Below, one piece after another: positions 36,095 through 48,661 of a stretch of 64,000 bases of DNA. The DNA is taken from the NCBI GenBank assembly GCA_965178125.1, contig OZ237759.1, forward strand, positions 62,001 to 126,000. Reading direction: 5' to 3'. A program made the position numbers and the translations under genes. Each line of letters starts with the position of its first letter. Position 1 is the stretch's first letter. Origin of the DNA: Bilabrum cf. latius. Lineage: Eukaryota. The notes under the pieces were generated by a model. It saw nothing but the letters and a program-made list of their open reading frames with translations. It ran no database searches and was not told the origin of the DNA.

Positions 36095-39000
36095 TTACCA
36101 CGAACTGGTCGCCTTGCCGGCGCTCTCGTCCGCCCACAGCCGGTTCAGTCTCTACGCCGCTCCGAACAGCTGCGCGGCTACGGCGCGGTAAGGTACCTCT
36201 GCTACCCTCACGAGCTCCTCGGGCGACCGACGGTTGCCGAAGCACTGGCTGCCCGAAACACTGTCCAGCAGCCCCGTGCAGCAGATGCGCATCGGGATGA
36301 GCACGATGAGCGGCAGCAGCAGCCATACCATGATGAAAAGCGGCTGCTGATCCTCCGAGAACTAAGAGGCGTCTGCGTCCACGCCATCAAACACGGTGAT
36401 GAAAACGATCAGCGCAGAGGTGCCGTACATGCTCAGCAGCGACAGGTAGCTCAGCCCAGGCAAAAATGAGTCCCTGGCCTCGAGGTCAGCGGAGGTGCCT
36501 GTCCGCCTGTCCCGGGTCACCATGGTGGCCACCAGCCGGCGGCCTTCCATGAACGCGAGCACAAGGCCCAGGATGGGGGCCAGCGGCAGGGGCAGCGCAG
36601 CAAAAAGGCTCACGCACATGGCAGCCACAAGAAGGATGGCCTGTGAATGGGCAAGATCATACACCTGGGGTGTCTCCAGTCGGGTGGACCGCTGCAGCAA
36701 CGACGGCCCGCGACCCAGCACCGTCATGGGCCTTGGCGCTAGGCATGAGACGCTCGCACTGGCCACGGCGAGTCTCTGGGCGCGCGTGTGCTGCCTGAGC
36801 CTGCTGCGGTGTAGCTCTTCTTCGGAGTGCTGCCCCGACTCTGCTCGAGACCCGTGCCCGTGCTTCCGCTGGTGCCGCCTCACTCGCCGCGAGGCCGCCC
36901 CCTCCTGCGCGCCTGCCTCGCACCAAGAGGAGGAAGAAGCGGCAGAGGACGACTCGGCGCTCGACCCCGCCCTCGTCATCTGCCGCAGGACATCCACCAC
37001 GCGCTGCATCTGCAGCTGCGCGCTCTCGTTGCCCTTCTGTTCTCCCTTGCCTCTTCCTTTACCCCCACCTCTCTCTCCGCTGGAGCCACCGCCCGGCTTC
37101 AGCACAGCGTCAATCTTCGCACTCATGCGACTCGCCGCCATGCACCACCCCACCGCGTGGTCCACCGACACCTGGGCGCTCCGGCGGACGGGACCATCGA
37201 GCGCGTGCGCCTGCACGGCTGCTTGCTCCGCGGCGTGCCTCAGCGCGGGCCCGAAGAGCGCGGAGGAGGCGGGCTCCGGGGTGATGGGCTCCAGGGCCGC
37301 CCTCCACACGTGGTCCGCGCTGCAGGCCGCTGAGGAAGACGGGGCGTAGATCTGGGCCAACGCGGCCTCCTCCATGGCGCACAAACCCGCCACCCGCTGG
37401 TGCGCGTACTGCAGACCCGCGTTGTGGGCCGCCACCCAGAGGGCCCGCCGCGCCCTCGTCACACCCGCCGTGCCCCTGGTGGCGCCCATGAGCACGTCCT
37501 TGGCCTCGTCCAGCCGCTGCCTCTGCCGCTTGAGGCTCTGCATGACCTCCAGCGCCCGCTCGCTGTTGGAAGCCCACTCCAGCAGCACCTGCCGCACCTG
37601 CGCGGCGGTCTCTAGTTTCTGCACGCCGGCACCCGGGCCGCCCCTGCCCCCGCGGCGCCTGCCCCCTTGCACCACCACCATGGACCCGTCTGTGGACGGC
37701 GGGGGGTCCTGGCCCGACGATACGGCGGCTGCCGCCTCCCGTTCGGCCTGACGCAGCAGCTTCTGCAGCCTGTGAACGATCTGCAGTGCCCGCTTGTGGG
37801 CCGCGCCCCACGCGTCCCGCATCGCGTCCAGCTGCTGCATGCGGCTCTGCATGGCTGCCAGCCCGATCCGGACCGCCTTTGACACGCAGGCTGGTGCGGT
37901 TCCATACGGCCCGAACCCATTATCGTCCCGGGTACCCAGCGACTGCTGCCCCCCGGTCCCGGCCCCAGCCGCCTCTCCCCCCGCAGCCTGGTCGCCCATC
38001 TCCCAGTGGCTCGAGTCGGCCAGCTCCACAGGGGCGCCCATCTGCTGGAAAGACCTCTTCTCGAAGACGCCCTGCCGCCGGGTCGCGCCGTCCTTGTCGG
38101 CACTCCCCGCGCTGCCGCTCAGGTCACCGCCCACCCGCGCATGGGCGTCCTGCGCCGCCTTGCCCGCGTTGGGTGTGCCCACAAGGTCCTCGAACACCAC
38201 CCGCGTGCCCCTGTCCGTGGACGCAGGACGCAGCCGCTGCACGGCGCGCTACACCAGCGGAACGCAGCCCGCGCACCTGAGCTCATCGAACACCATGGAC
38301 TGCACTACGTGGCTGCGCGTGGCGGCGTCCAGCACCTCGCAGTGGCGCGCGTCCAGCACAGCATCGGTGATGTCCGACAGGGGCTGAGGCAGGGCCACTG
38401 GGTCGGCCACTGGCCTGGACTCGCCCTGCACCGCAGCCTTGATGTATCCGGAGTTCTTGGGTCGCCTGGCGGAGCCCGCCCTGTCATGCAGCACGTCACT
38501 CTGGGTGGCGCCCCCCTGCCCGTCCAAGGCCGCAGCTGCTGCACTCAGTGCCACTGCAAACTCATGCTGAGACAGCTCCTCACGCATGTCGTCCGCCTGC
38601 CGCAGCTGGCTCAGCACGTGCGACCTGCGGAGCATTGCAGCCGACACTGCTCTGCTGGCGTTGGGGGCCCCAGGCCATGCCGATCCCCCTGTGCCCACGA
38701 CCGCCACCTCTCTGGCGAGCGCAGTGGTGTCCGTCTGCCACTTGACAAATATGGAGCTCCATGGGACGGTCCCTGCCAGCATCGGGTTGGCGCTCCTCAG
38801 CTGCGAGGCCGTCTCGAGGCCCAGAGAGACAGATGAGCCCCAGGAGTCCCGGTCGCGGCGCAGTGCCGAGGGGATGCCCGTGTCGTAGGTCTCACTACCT
38901 GCACCGGACGCCAGGGACTGCACGGCAGTCGAGGCCTACGCTATCTCGGTGGAGCTGTAGACGCCCCCGGCCGTGGCAGACTCATCCGCCAGCGAGGCCC

Positions 39001-42000
39001 GGCCCTCCCGGATGGCATGGCGCAGAGCGCGACTCGCCGCCACGTCCTGCGCAGCGCTCACCGAGTCCACGTGCCCCCTGCCCCTGAGGATCCGCCCGTC
39101 CAGAGACACGTCGCGCCCGGGTGACGTGCCCCCGATGCGGCCCTGCTGCCGCCACATGCCCCAGAGCACGCCCAGCAGCGACAGGGATATCTGCGCCGCT
39201 CTTGCCCCCAGCTGCTTGCCAGTCCCGCGCAAGCCCCCCCCAACCGTTGAGGCCGACTTGCTGTAGCCAGGTAGGACCCCGCGGACGATCACCCTGCAGC
39301 ACGCAAACCTAGACTCCGGGCGGCAGCTGTACGGAATATCCTCGGGCGTGGAGCTCCGACCGCAGCAGCCCGTCCACAGCCCGCAGCAGCAGGCCGACGC
39401 CAGCAAGTCCCCTCTGTTCCTCGAGTCGGCCCAGCGGCGCGCCTTGGTGCTGCACAGCTTGAAGGCGCCCACGAGTACGAGGGCGAGCAGCTGCGTGGCC
39501 ACCAGCCAGTTGGCGGCGTACAGACAATTCTGCCCGGCGCACAGGCGGCTGGCCCCCACCCGCGGCTCGAACAGGACCACCCACGCCGGTGGCCCCCCCA
39601 GGACGGCCAGCAGCAGGATCACCATGGTGGACTGGTCGTGCGCAAGGTCTCTGGCACCGTACCTGCGGGCGAAAGCCATGGCCCGCGCCTGCGCCACTCC
39701 CGCAATAGACCGAGCCACCGTGTCAGAGGCCTGCTCCTGGGTGAGATTGGTGTCGATCTGCCTGCTCAGCAGGTCCGTGCCCTCTGGCTTGCCCGCGGCC
39801 CGGCTCGAGTTGACATGCTGGCGGCCCGTGCCTCGACTCACCGACAGGAAGGTCCACCGCTCGGAGAAGTACCCGCGTCCGCAGGAGGCCAGCCAAATCA
39901 GAGGTGCGTACTGTGATGGGGCGGTGCCGTCCGCCGATGCAGCAGCGTAGGGCTTCCACACGTTGCGGAATACCACCACGATGCCCGCGGTGGACAGACC
40001 GCAGAGCAGTACCAGCAGGACCAGGGTAGCGCTCGTGTGCAGGCCCTTGGAAAGCGACCGGTCTACCGCCGCCTCGGCCGCATCGAACTCCCCTTCCTCC
40101 AGAAATGGAGCCAACGCTCCGGCGATTCCCACGACGAGGGCCTGCCAGGCCACCAGCAGCACCACAACCACCCAGTCGCACAGCCGAGCCATCGGGTCGT
40201 ACATGTCCCCGTAGGCCTCCCTGTCCAGCCGCCACCAGGGCAATGGGCGCAGCACCGAGACTTGTGTGCGTCTGCGCTGCAGCTGCCACTCGCGCGTATC
40301 TACGGACTCCCGGACCCACCCGTCGATGGCGAATCGATCCTCGTTCACCATATTTTGCCCTAGGACCCGTTTCCCCGAGTACTCTTCCTACTAAGGGGGC
40401 GCTTGCTCTCCCGTGCTGAGCCGGGCAGCTCTGGAGCCCTGCAGTGCCGACCTGTGCGAGACTAGCCTAGGTGCTAGAGCAGGCATGGCCGCCAGCTGCG
40501 ACACCTCGCCCTCGAGCGCTGCTTCAGCCCGGCCCTTGGGCAGGGAGGCAGCACACAGCTGCCCGCTGCTGTCCCGGAGCGCGGCGGCGTGCCCAAACCG
40601 CATGGTGGCATCGATGCCCGATGCAAGTGCACCCACGTCACCGCCCAGGTGCCCCGCACCCCCGTCGCTCGGACTGGTGCTGGCGTCGGTCGCGGCCCCA
40701 CCCGCTGAGACGATTGAACTTGAGCCCGCCGCCCCAGATCCAAGCGTGATTCGCGAGCTGCCCCGAAGGTCGGCGTGCATGCCAGCCGCCGAAGTGATCT
40801 GTGAGCGCACTCCGGCGGACCGGTCCCAGTTCCTCTCATTGAGGCCCGACTGGCAGCACAGCGCGTTGGCGCTTGCCGTGCAGATGTGAACCAGGATTCT
40901 AACAGGGCCAGTCGCGCTGTCTCTCGACTGCGGGAGACCCACGAGCACGCGTAGCAGAGCGTCCGATCGGCGCGCGGCCTGATACATGAGCGGCTCGGCC
41001 AGCAGGATCACCCCTATCGCGTACAGATATGACACGGTCAGCTCACCCAGGAGGTCGACGTTCTCGCCCTCGAATGCAAGCCCGTCCCCTGTGGTGTTTC
41101 GGGCCGAGGGCCGCAGCACGCTGCCCACCTCGTCCACCAGAGTGGCGTGCAAGTCTGTGCCCTCGCCCAGCACCGAGGTCTGCACCAGGTACAGGACTAC
41201 CAGCCGCACAATGACAAACACAGCCACGAAGGCAGCCAGGAATCGAGTCACCGCCAGAGTCACGGCAAGCGCCCGCGCCCTTGCGTACCCCAGCACCTGC
41301 GCCGCGGCAAACACAAGCCAGTCAGACGCGCCGGCCGCGCCCACCGGTCCGTCGGATTCTTTCGATTCCCTGGGCCCATCGGTGCACAGTGAAAAGCAGC
41401 CACAGGTGCTGACGTGCCACAAGGACGCCTGCGCGACTTCTTCCAGCCGATCCACCACCTCCGGGTCGTGCAGGAACTGGAACTGGGCCGGCCCCGCAGA
41501 GGCTATCCCAGTGGTGAGGGCCCACCCTGGGTCCGAGTGGTGCCATGGGGTCTTGCCGCCGGGCGTGCTTCCCCTGGCCATCACATCGTCCACGTCCATG
41601 GGAATGGTGTCGTCCAGCTCTGTCATGGTGCTGACACCGCCCCCCAGAGCCGAGTCCGCGATCTTGGAGGTGCCCGGGTTGCAGGCGGCCTGCACGAGGC
41701 CTGGCGCGTGATGGTCGGGCCAGGGCATGCCCATGAGGATGTGCCGCAGCAGGTTGAGCCGTGTCGCAGGGTTGAAGACCGTCTCGGCAGCAGAGGCCTC
41801 CACCTCGGCCTGCGCTGCCTCAGCCACAGCCACCGAGGCAGCCGCGATTGCCTCATTCTCCGTGCGGGACTGCACCTGCCCCGCTGCGCCAAGGCTCAGG
41901 TCCATGCCACGTGCCTGCCCAGGGGCCCGCGCCACACCGCTGCCGTCTGCCCCGTCTTCTTCGTCCCCGCTGTCCGAATCGAGGTCCTCGTCCAGTGATT

Positions 42001-45000
42001 CGGTCCCTGCGATCGAGGAAGCCTTGAGCTTGGCCCACATATTGCCACCCGGACCGACCCCAGCTGTCCCCAGCGCCGATGTGCGCATGCGCGGGTTCAC
42101 ACGAAATCTCCTCCATAGCGCCGAGTACTCGCGCGCGGGGGTAAACGGTGCGAATGGGGCTGCATATGGGGTGTGCCACCACAATAGCCTGTCCCCATTG
42201 CCCCCTGTGGCCTCTGGCAGCCCGATACGCTGCCCGCTCCTCTGTCGCTGCTGTACCCCGTCAATCTCGAGCTGGCTGCGGCCCAGCCAGCGGGTATTAA
42301 TGTCCCTGCCCGCCGAAACCTCCCTGCCGCCCCGAGGCACGCCCGTGCACTCTCCCATCTCGTCCATGTTCCAGGCCAGCTGCGCAGGTGTGCCCGTCTC
42401 AGCAGCAGCGTGCGCCAGCCCCAGCTCGGTTGGTCGCAGCAGGACAACCACGTCGCCCACTGGCGTCAGATTCAACGCAGCGTCAAGCCCACCGCCCTCG
42501 GATCCGCTGGCTGCACTCGATCGCTTGAGCCCCATCTCGGGGAAGCCGTGGGACACGATTGCATGGGAGCCGCGCACCGCCGCTGTGCGCACGAACGCGT
42601 ACCTGCTAGCACCGCATGCGCCCAGCACGAGAAGCATCATGCGGCGCTGTATCTCGAGGTCCACCAGAGCAAAGGACACGCCCGTCACGCGCAGATGGTC
42701 GTCACTGCCCGTGTACAAACCGTGCGGCATCAAGCTGTGCTTAGGCTCGTGCACGTGCGTGATGAAGGTGTTCCTGGTGAGATTGTCCTTATTGGCACCG
42801 AGCTAGATGCCCACAGCGAGCCCGATGCCGCGGTCCAGCACGAACCGATCCTCAGCAGTGAATGGGAGGGGGAACTCGGTGTCGTAGGGGTGCACCACCT
42901 TGCTGTTGGAGGGAAGCTTGGAATCACGGTGCGTGCTGCCGCTTGAGCTGCTGCTGCCAGCGGCCGCCCCTCTTCCACCGAAATCGCCAGTCTCCCTCTC
43001 GAGGCCGCCTGCCTCGTCCTCGCGGTACACCCGCGCTGCCATCCCATCCTCTCCAGCGCTCGCCTTGCCCATCAGCTCGCTCGTGAGGCTTGATTCGAAC
43101 TGCTCTCGGTCTGCCACCATGCGCTCGTGGCCCCACTGCGGCCCAGCGCTGGAACCGGTGCCTCTCCTGCCCCCGCGCATGCCAGAAGATCCCCCGGCAC
43201 CCCCCACTACGCCATACATGGCACCACGCATAGCCACCAGCAGATCAACGTCGTCCTCCTTGCCGTAGGCCCAACCTGCCTCGGGCAGCGGCAAGGCATC
43301 GTTGGCAAGAGGGACCCTCGGCAGCTGCTGGCCCGCCCTCCTGCCGAGGTCCGCGAGCCTCGACACGCGTGCTGCCACAGCCTGCGAGTCCTCGTCATCC
43401 ATGTCGACTGCCTCCATGCGCTCCCGGATGCCTCGCATCAGCGCATCGCACTTGCCCTCAGGATCGAGCTCCTCCTCCCCAGCATGCTCCTCGTCAGAAT
43501 CGAAGCCACCCTCCGTCTCGCTCTTGCGGGACTTTCGCATCCACTCTGTGCCCGCTGCCCCGTCGGGCGTGCCGGAGGAGTACCTGGTGCGCAGCTCGGC
43601 GCTGATGGGATGCGCCAGTGACCAGGCATCTCCGGGTGCCACATGCCGGTGCTGGCCCACGTCGATGCTTCCGAACAGCCCTCCGAACCGCGAGGTGAGC
43701 GTCGCCCACTCGTCGAGGCTCTCTTGGAAGCGCCCGGATGTCACGGCCGAGTGCCGCTGCCACCGAGCAAATGCTGCGTCCGCCGTGCTGTCGCCCTCGG
43801 GCACGTCTGCATCGGGGGCCAGCGCCTCGAGAGCCACGAGCTGCATGGATCGCACCCGGATGCGAACCTGCAGGTGCTGCATGGACCGCACCAGGTTCTT
43901 GTCTGCTTCCTTGTCCTCATTCCCACTTGGCCTTGCATCACGGTCTCCATCGGTATGTACTGGATGCTCCCCCGTGGCGCTCTGCCTAGCGCCAGCGCCA
44001 GCACCGCCACCAGCTGTCCCCGAGCTCGTGCTCGGGATGAGCCCCTGGAGCGCGTCCGTGTCAGCCACGGTGCGCCCAATCGCCGGTCCTGGCGTGGCAG
44101 TCGCCTGCTTGTCCTGCCCCGCCTCTCCCTCCTGCCCCTTCGGCGGGTGCAGCGACAAGTACCTGCGCAGTGCATCCATCATGAGCCGGTCCCTCTGAAC
44201 TAGCTGCCTCAGGCTCTTGTGCGACTGCACCGAGGCGGTCCATTCGCTGAGGGGCACCTCGCCAACCAGCGGGAGCTCCTGCTGAGACACGCGACGGATC
44301 ATCCGCAGGGCCGCTCGGACTCCCACCACGGGCACTGCCTGGCCGTAACCCGAGTCGTCGCTCGACAGCCGCCGCAGGACGCGGAGCTCCGCGGGGCTGC
44401 AGCGCTTCCACGAGCTGGCCACCGCGTGCCCCCAGCCCGCTTGAGCGTGGCTCACTGCGTCCCTTCTCTCCTTGGCACTAAGGCCCCGCGGGATCCCCGA
44501 GATGGAGCACGTGCGGAAATCGTCCCTGAATGCCGCGGCTCGCATGGCGCTGTAGAGGGTCCTCTTCACCAGCGACCGACTGCTGCGATCTGACTCGTCG
44601 GGGCGCCACTCGGCCGGTACCTCTTCCTGGGCATCCCCGCTCTCTGTGAGAACGGATGGGAATGCCAGGGCCGCTGCACGCTCCCACCGCCGAAGCCACG
44701 GCACCATGCGCGAAGTGGCCAGCATTGCCCTCCGCTAGCTGCGCGCCTGCACAGCGCACAGAGCGCGCGACAGCGAGACCATCCGGGTGAGACTGGCTTC
44801 CTCCCCCTCGACTTCCTCCTCGTCGCCGTCATACTCGTCGTAGTCCTCGTCTTCTCCATCCGTGTCTGCCGGTCCGCGGCTGTCGGGCCGAGTAGCAAAG
44901 CTCGAGGCCGAGCCTGCCCGTCCGTCAGACGCGTACCCCGACCGCAGCGACATGCCGCTGCTCCTGCGGTTCCGCCTACCGTCTGCCTCCTTGGGCCGCA

Positions 45001-47681
45001 CAGCGCTAGGCGGGCCCCCTCCTCCGACGGGGCCTGACAGCCGGCCCGTCGCGGCGAAGTTCACAACTGCCGGCTCTCTGGCCAGCAGCTGCCGCTCGGA
45101 CTTGGTGGGCCGCATGGCGGCAGCGAGCCGCAGCGCGTCCGCATCGCTCATCAGGTCCGGCTCTGACACCGCGCTGAAGGCCTGGCCCTGCACCCCGCGA
45201 GCGGCCTGGTCTACCTCCGCGGCGCCAACGCTTGCAGCGTGTGCGAACATGTGCCGCCTCGTGACCGCCAGACGCACGGCCCGCTCGGCGCGCACGAGGA
45301 GGAAGCGGCACTGGTGCGCCTGGAGCGGCTCCTCGGCCACGGGCAGGCCCAGGCAATCCCTGTCTGTCTGCACCCATCGCTTGGAGCGCATGGTCGCGCT
45401 GTGGTTGTAACGCCGCAGAGTGTCGTTACACAGCCGCACCGCCAGTTCCAGGGTCACCAGCTGCCTCGCGCGCCAAGAGCAGAGCCGGGCCTCTGTTAAC
45501 AGGGGTACCACCGCAGTGCGGAATACTTTGATGACCCGCCGCTTCGTCTCGGCCGATTCCGACACGTCCTCCTCGGCCCCCGCAGGCTCCGACGAGATGA
45601 AGCCGTCGCGCCCCTGGTCCACGCTCTGGTCTGCGAGAGCGTCCCGCTGCACGGCACCCTCGTTCCCAGGCTCATCACCCCGTGCTCCCTCGCCGCTGCC
45701 CAGGCCGGAGCACCGGGCAAGCTCCGCGCACGCCTTTCTGTATAGCTCCCTCCCGCGCCGGCCCAGCCACTCGATGGCATCCACCAGCGCGCCCAGCCTA
45801 GGGTCGGGCGCCATCCCGCCGCCGTCCCCGTCCCAGAACGGCTCCCACTCTCCCAGGTCAGAGGCCTCTGCCTCGGTCCATACAGACTGCGGCTGGCTAG
45901 TGGCCGACAGCAGCCCCTGCCTCACTGCCTGGCACGACTGCCGCAGTCCTCGAAGGGTGAAGAGCTGCCGGGCGGGCAGCGCCTCGTTCGCCTCTGCCAC
46001 AGCCTCCAGGCCAGACACGCCGACGCCGGCATAGGCGTCATCAGTTACCAGCCACGCGTTGACCTGGTCGCGCCACTGCCGCACCAGCTCCATGCGCTCG
46101 CTCACGGCCCCGCCCAGTCCCGCGCGCCAGAACTCGTGCCCGAGCGCAGACTCGCTGAGCCCCAGCTGCACGCGGCCGGGCGGCGCAGGCTGCGCCCACG
46201 CCCGCAGCACGAACGCCGCCTCCCAGGCCCGCGGCAGCTCGCGTTCCCTTAGACGCGCTGCCCTGTGTGCCGCCAGCACGCCCTCTAGGCCCTCCCCCCC
46301 GCGAGCCATGGAGTGGTACAGCCGCTCCAAGTGGGTCCGGGCTGCGTGCTGCTGCACGGTGGTGGCCCCCGACATGAGGCCCAGGGGCCCGGCGCCAGAG
46401 CCAGGCCCCTTCATCCCCAGGCCGCCTGCCCCGTGTCCGCCAGAGGCACCGCTCGAGCCGGCCGCATCCTCGAGTCCCATGGCTGCTCCCTGCACCGCGT
46501 CCAGGCCACCTCCACCTGTGCCTCCGCCGTCCCCACCGCCCTGCGAGGCAGCCAGCCCCGCCGACAGAGCAGAAGCCCCAGCGGACCCCCGAGCAGCTCT
46601 CAGCGCCTCCTGCCGGTGCAGCCTGCGGCGGTGCACCAGCATGTCCGTGACAGTCTGCTGTAGCAGCGCATGCCTGCCCGCCATGTGTGAGGCCGCCAGA
46701 GCAGCGGCCCGCACGTCCCCACGGTGAGCAGCCACGCCCAGCACGCCCTCTGTGCCGAGCTGCCCAGGCAGGCCCGCGAGCCCCCCTGCGCTGTTCTCCA
46801 TGGCGCTCTTGACCACTGGCCCCACCACATCGTGCGCGATGGTTCGGGCCCTCTCGGGGATGCCGGCGGCAGAGGGCTCCACCGGCATGGCCCTGCAGAG
46901 CGCCTGGTAGATGGGTGCCACGCAGCGGCGAGTCTCCTGCAGCGAGTGCAAGAGGTGCCGGATGGCCTCTCTGATGCGCTCGTTCGACTCCTGCCGACGG
47001 GCCAACAGTCCCCGGAGGATGTCTCGAGCTTCCTGCACGGCACGGGAGAGGGGTCGGGGGCGGGATGGGGGGCGTGCAGGAGAGGGAAGAGGGGGCAAGA
47101 TGCAGGGTAAGATGCTGTCGAGGGCACATGTCGGGCAAACCTAAGACGCAAGCGCGAATCAGGATAGATCGAGCTCGATCTGCATCGCTCACCTGCACCT
47201 CGAGGAGGGCGCGCTCCGCAAAGGACGTCTCCTAGCCCCCATGAGTCTCCGAGTACTTTGATGACCCAGGCAGTGCTTGAATTGTTGGTAATGTGTTCCC
47301 ACTGGATGTTGCCTTCAGCACATCATCGCACAGGTCGGCAAGACTGCCTGACCAGACGGCGGGGCCAGCGCCGTCCGAACGTTCCAAGGCCTTGCCAGTG
47401 CTAGCAGCACGCTCTGCAGGTTCATTCGTAGATCCAACCTCGATAAGACCCATAATAGCAGCGGGCGTGGCCGCGTCCGCTGCATCTTCAACGGAAGATT
47501 GCACCAAGTCAGAGCTCCCATCGCTGTCACGTGCTGCCAACAGCTCCAATCTGAGCAATTCAAGCGCGCCACTCAATGCATGCAATCGCTCTGCCCCAGA
47601 TAATTGTGTGTCACTGCTACGTTCTTGCTTAAATTCAGACTAAGCCGCAGTTCCTATTTCGATGCTTCGTACGGATTCCAT
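36095..47681 (-). CDS. Very large multi-pass membrane protein, ~3,800 aa, with anoctamin/TMEM16-like segments; 5' end uncertain
   Basis: Track ORFs 44735, 42803, 40391, 38936, 38249 and 36362 are all in one frame and separated only by TAG. Intron 47033..47192 links the upstream exon. Ten TAGs, including tandem TAG-TAG at 40388-40393. Several hydrophobic helices between ~41300 and ~36250. Ends TAA. The anoctamin resemblance is from recalled motifs only. Confidence 0.7.
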
Positions 47682-48661
47682 CGCTCGCTCTGCTGGCTGG
47701 CTCTTAAGTGAATAGAGCTGTAGTGCCTAAGGCGCAGGTACACTTTCAAGGAGTTCCCGAGCCGATGGATAAAATACTATTGATACCAACACGAGAAACT
47801 TGTGTGTTGGCTGGGCCGTGCCCTCAATGCGCAGGATCCCCTCTCAACGAACCCAGACATTCGGGGGCGATTTGTAACGTAATGAAACACAATGGGACAA
47901 AGAAAAATCAGAAATCTGGGGCAAAGGATTGCTGATGAGCTGGACACAGAAGTGGACCAATAAACCGTCCCCAAGCTATCTGTTCGCTACCTAGCGTCTG
48001 GCAAGCGCTGGGTACAAGCACAGCTGTGTTGCTTCACGGTACACGATGTCATCGATGTGTTGCGGCACTGTTGCCACATGCACTGCCAGGCAAGCTTGCA
48101 CCGTCGCGTCGATAAAACCAACTACTGGATCATTCCCCGGATGAAGAGCCGTGCCTGTGCAGCACCATAGAGGCTGCCCCAGACTCCACCATCACCGACG
48201 TTGCTGATGGCCAGGACAACTGCTTGAACTGGATCACGCGCATGGGTTCCTTGGCAGTGGGTGTCCGCTCCTCATCGCTGTCCACCGTGACCTGTGAAAG
48301 AAGAAGTCGTATCGTCATATTCAATCATCCTCATCACCTTCGAGAACTCACATCGGACCCTCGTCCAATGCTTCATCTATGGCACCCATCGAGAATCCCG
48401 ACTTCAGCCAGGATCATCCAGAAGCATCTAAAACACCCCACGGTGAGGTTGTGGTGCAGCCGGAGCTTCCAGGTCTTGGGCTCGGTCTCTTGAGGAGGTG
48501 AATTAAGTGTCCACTGGCAGTGCCATGCAGTGCGGCAGGACTCAATAACCGGAACCATCGCGCTGCTCCACCAATTTGTGGATCCCCTCTCCTGCTAGCA
48601 TCAAAACCCAGTCGACCCAGCATTATTTGCGTAGTGGTTGATTTGAGTCACGCCTACAGGC

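Noticed and set aside
2375-47198. Long antisense or alternative-frame ORFs in the track (e.g. 2866-4119, 13670-14881, 17802-18908, 20519-21880, 22139-23614, 41727-42806)
   Set aside because: These are shadows of GC-rich coding sequence with strong GC3 bias. They overlap recognisable genes and show no family motifs.
47700-48650. Possible small gene or further upstream exons of the giant membrane protein
   Set aside because: The region has coding-like composition and a plausible acceptor near 48291 on the minus strand, but every frame I traced hits TGA or TAA and I could not build a consistent model. Unresolved without RNA-seq.
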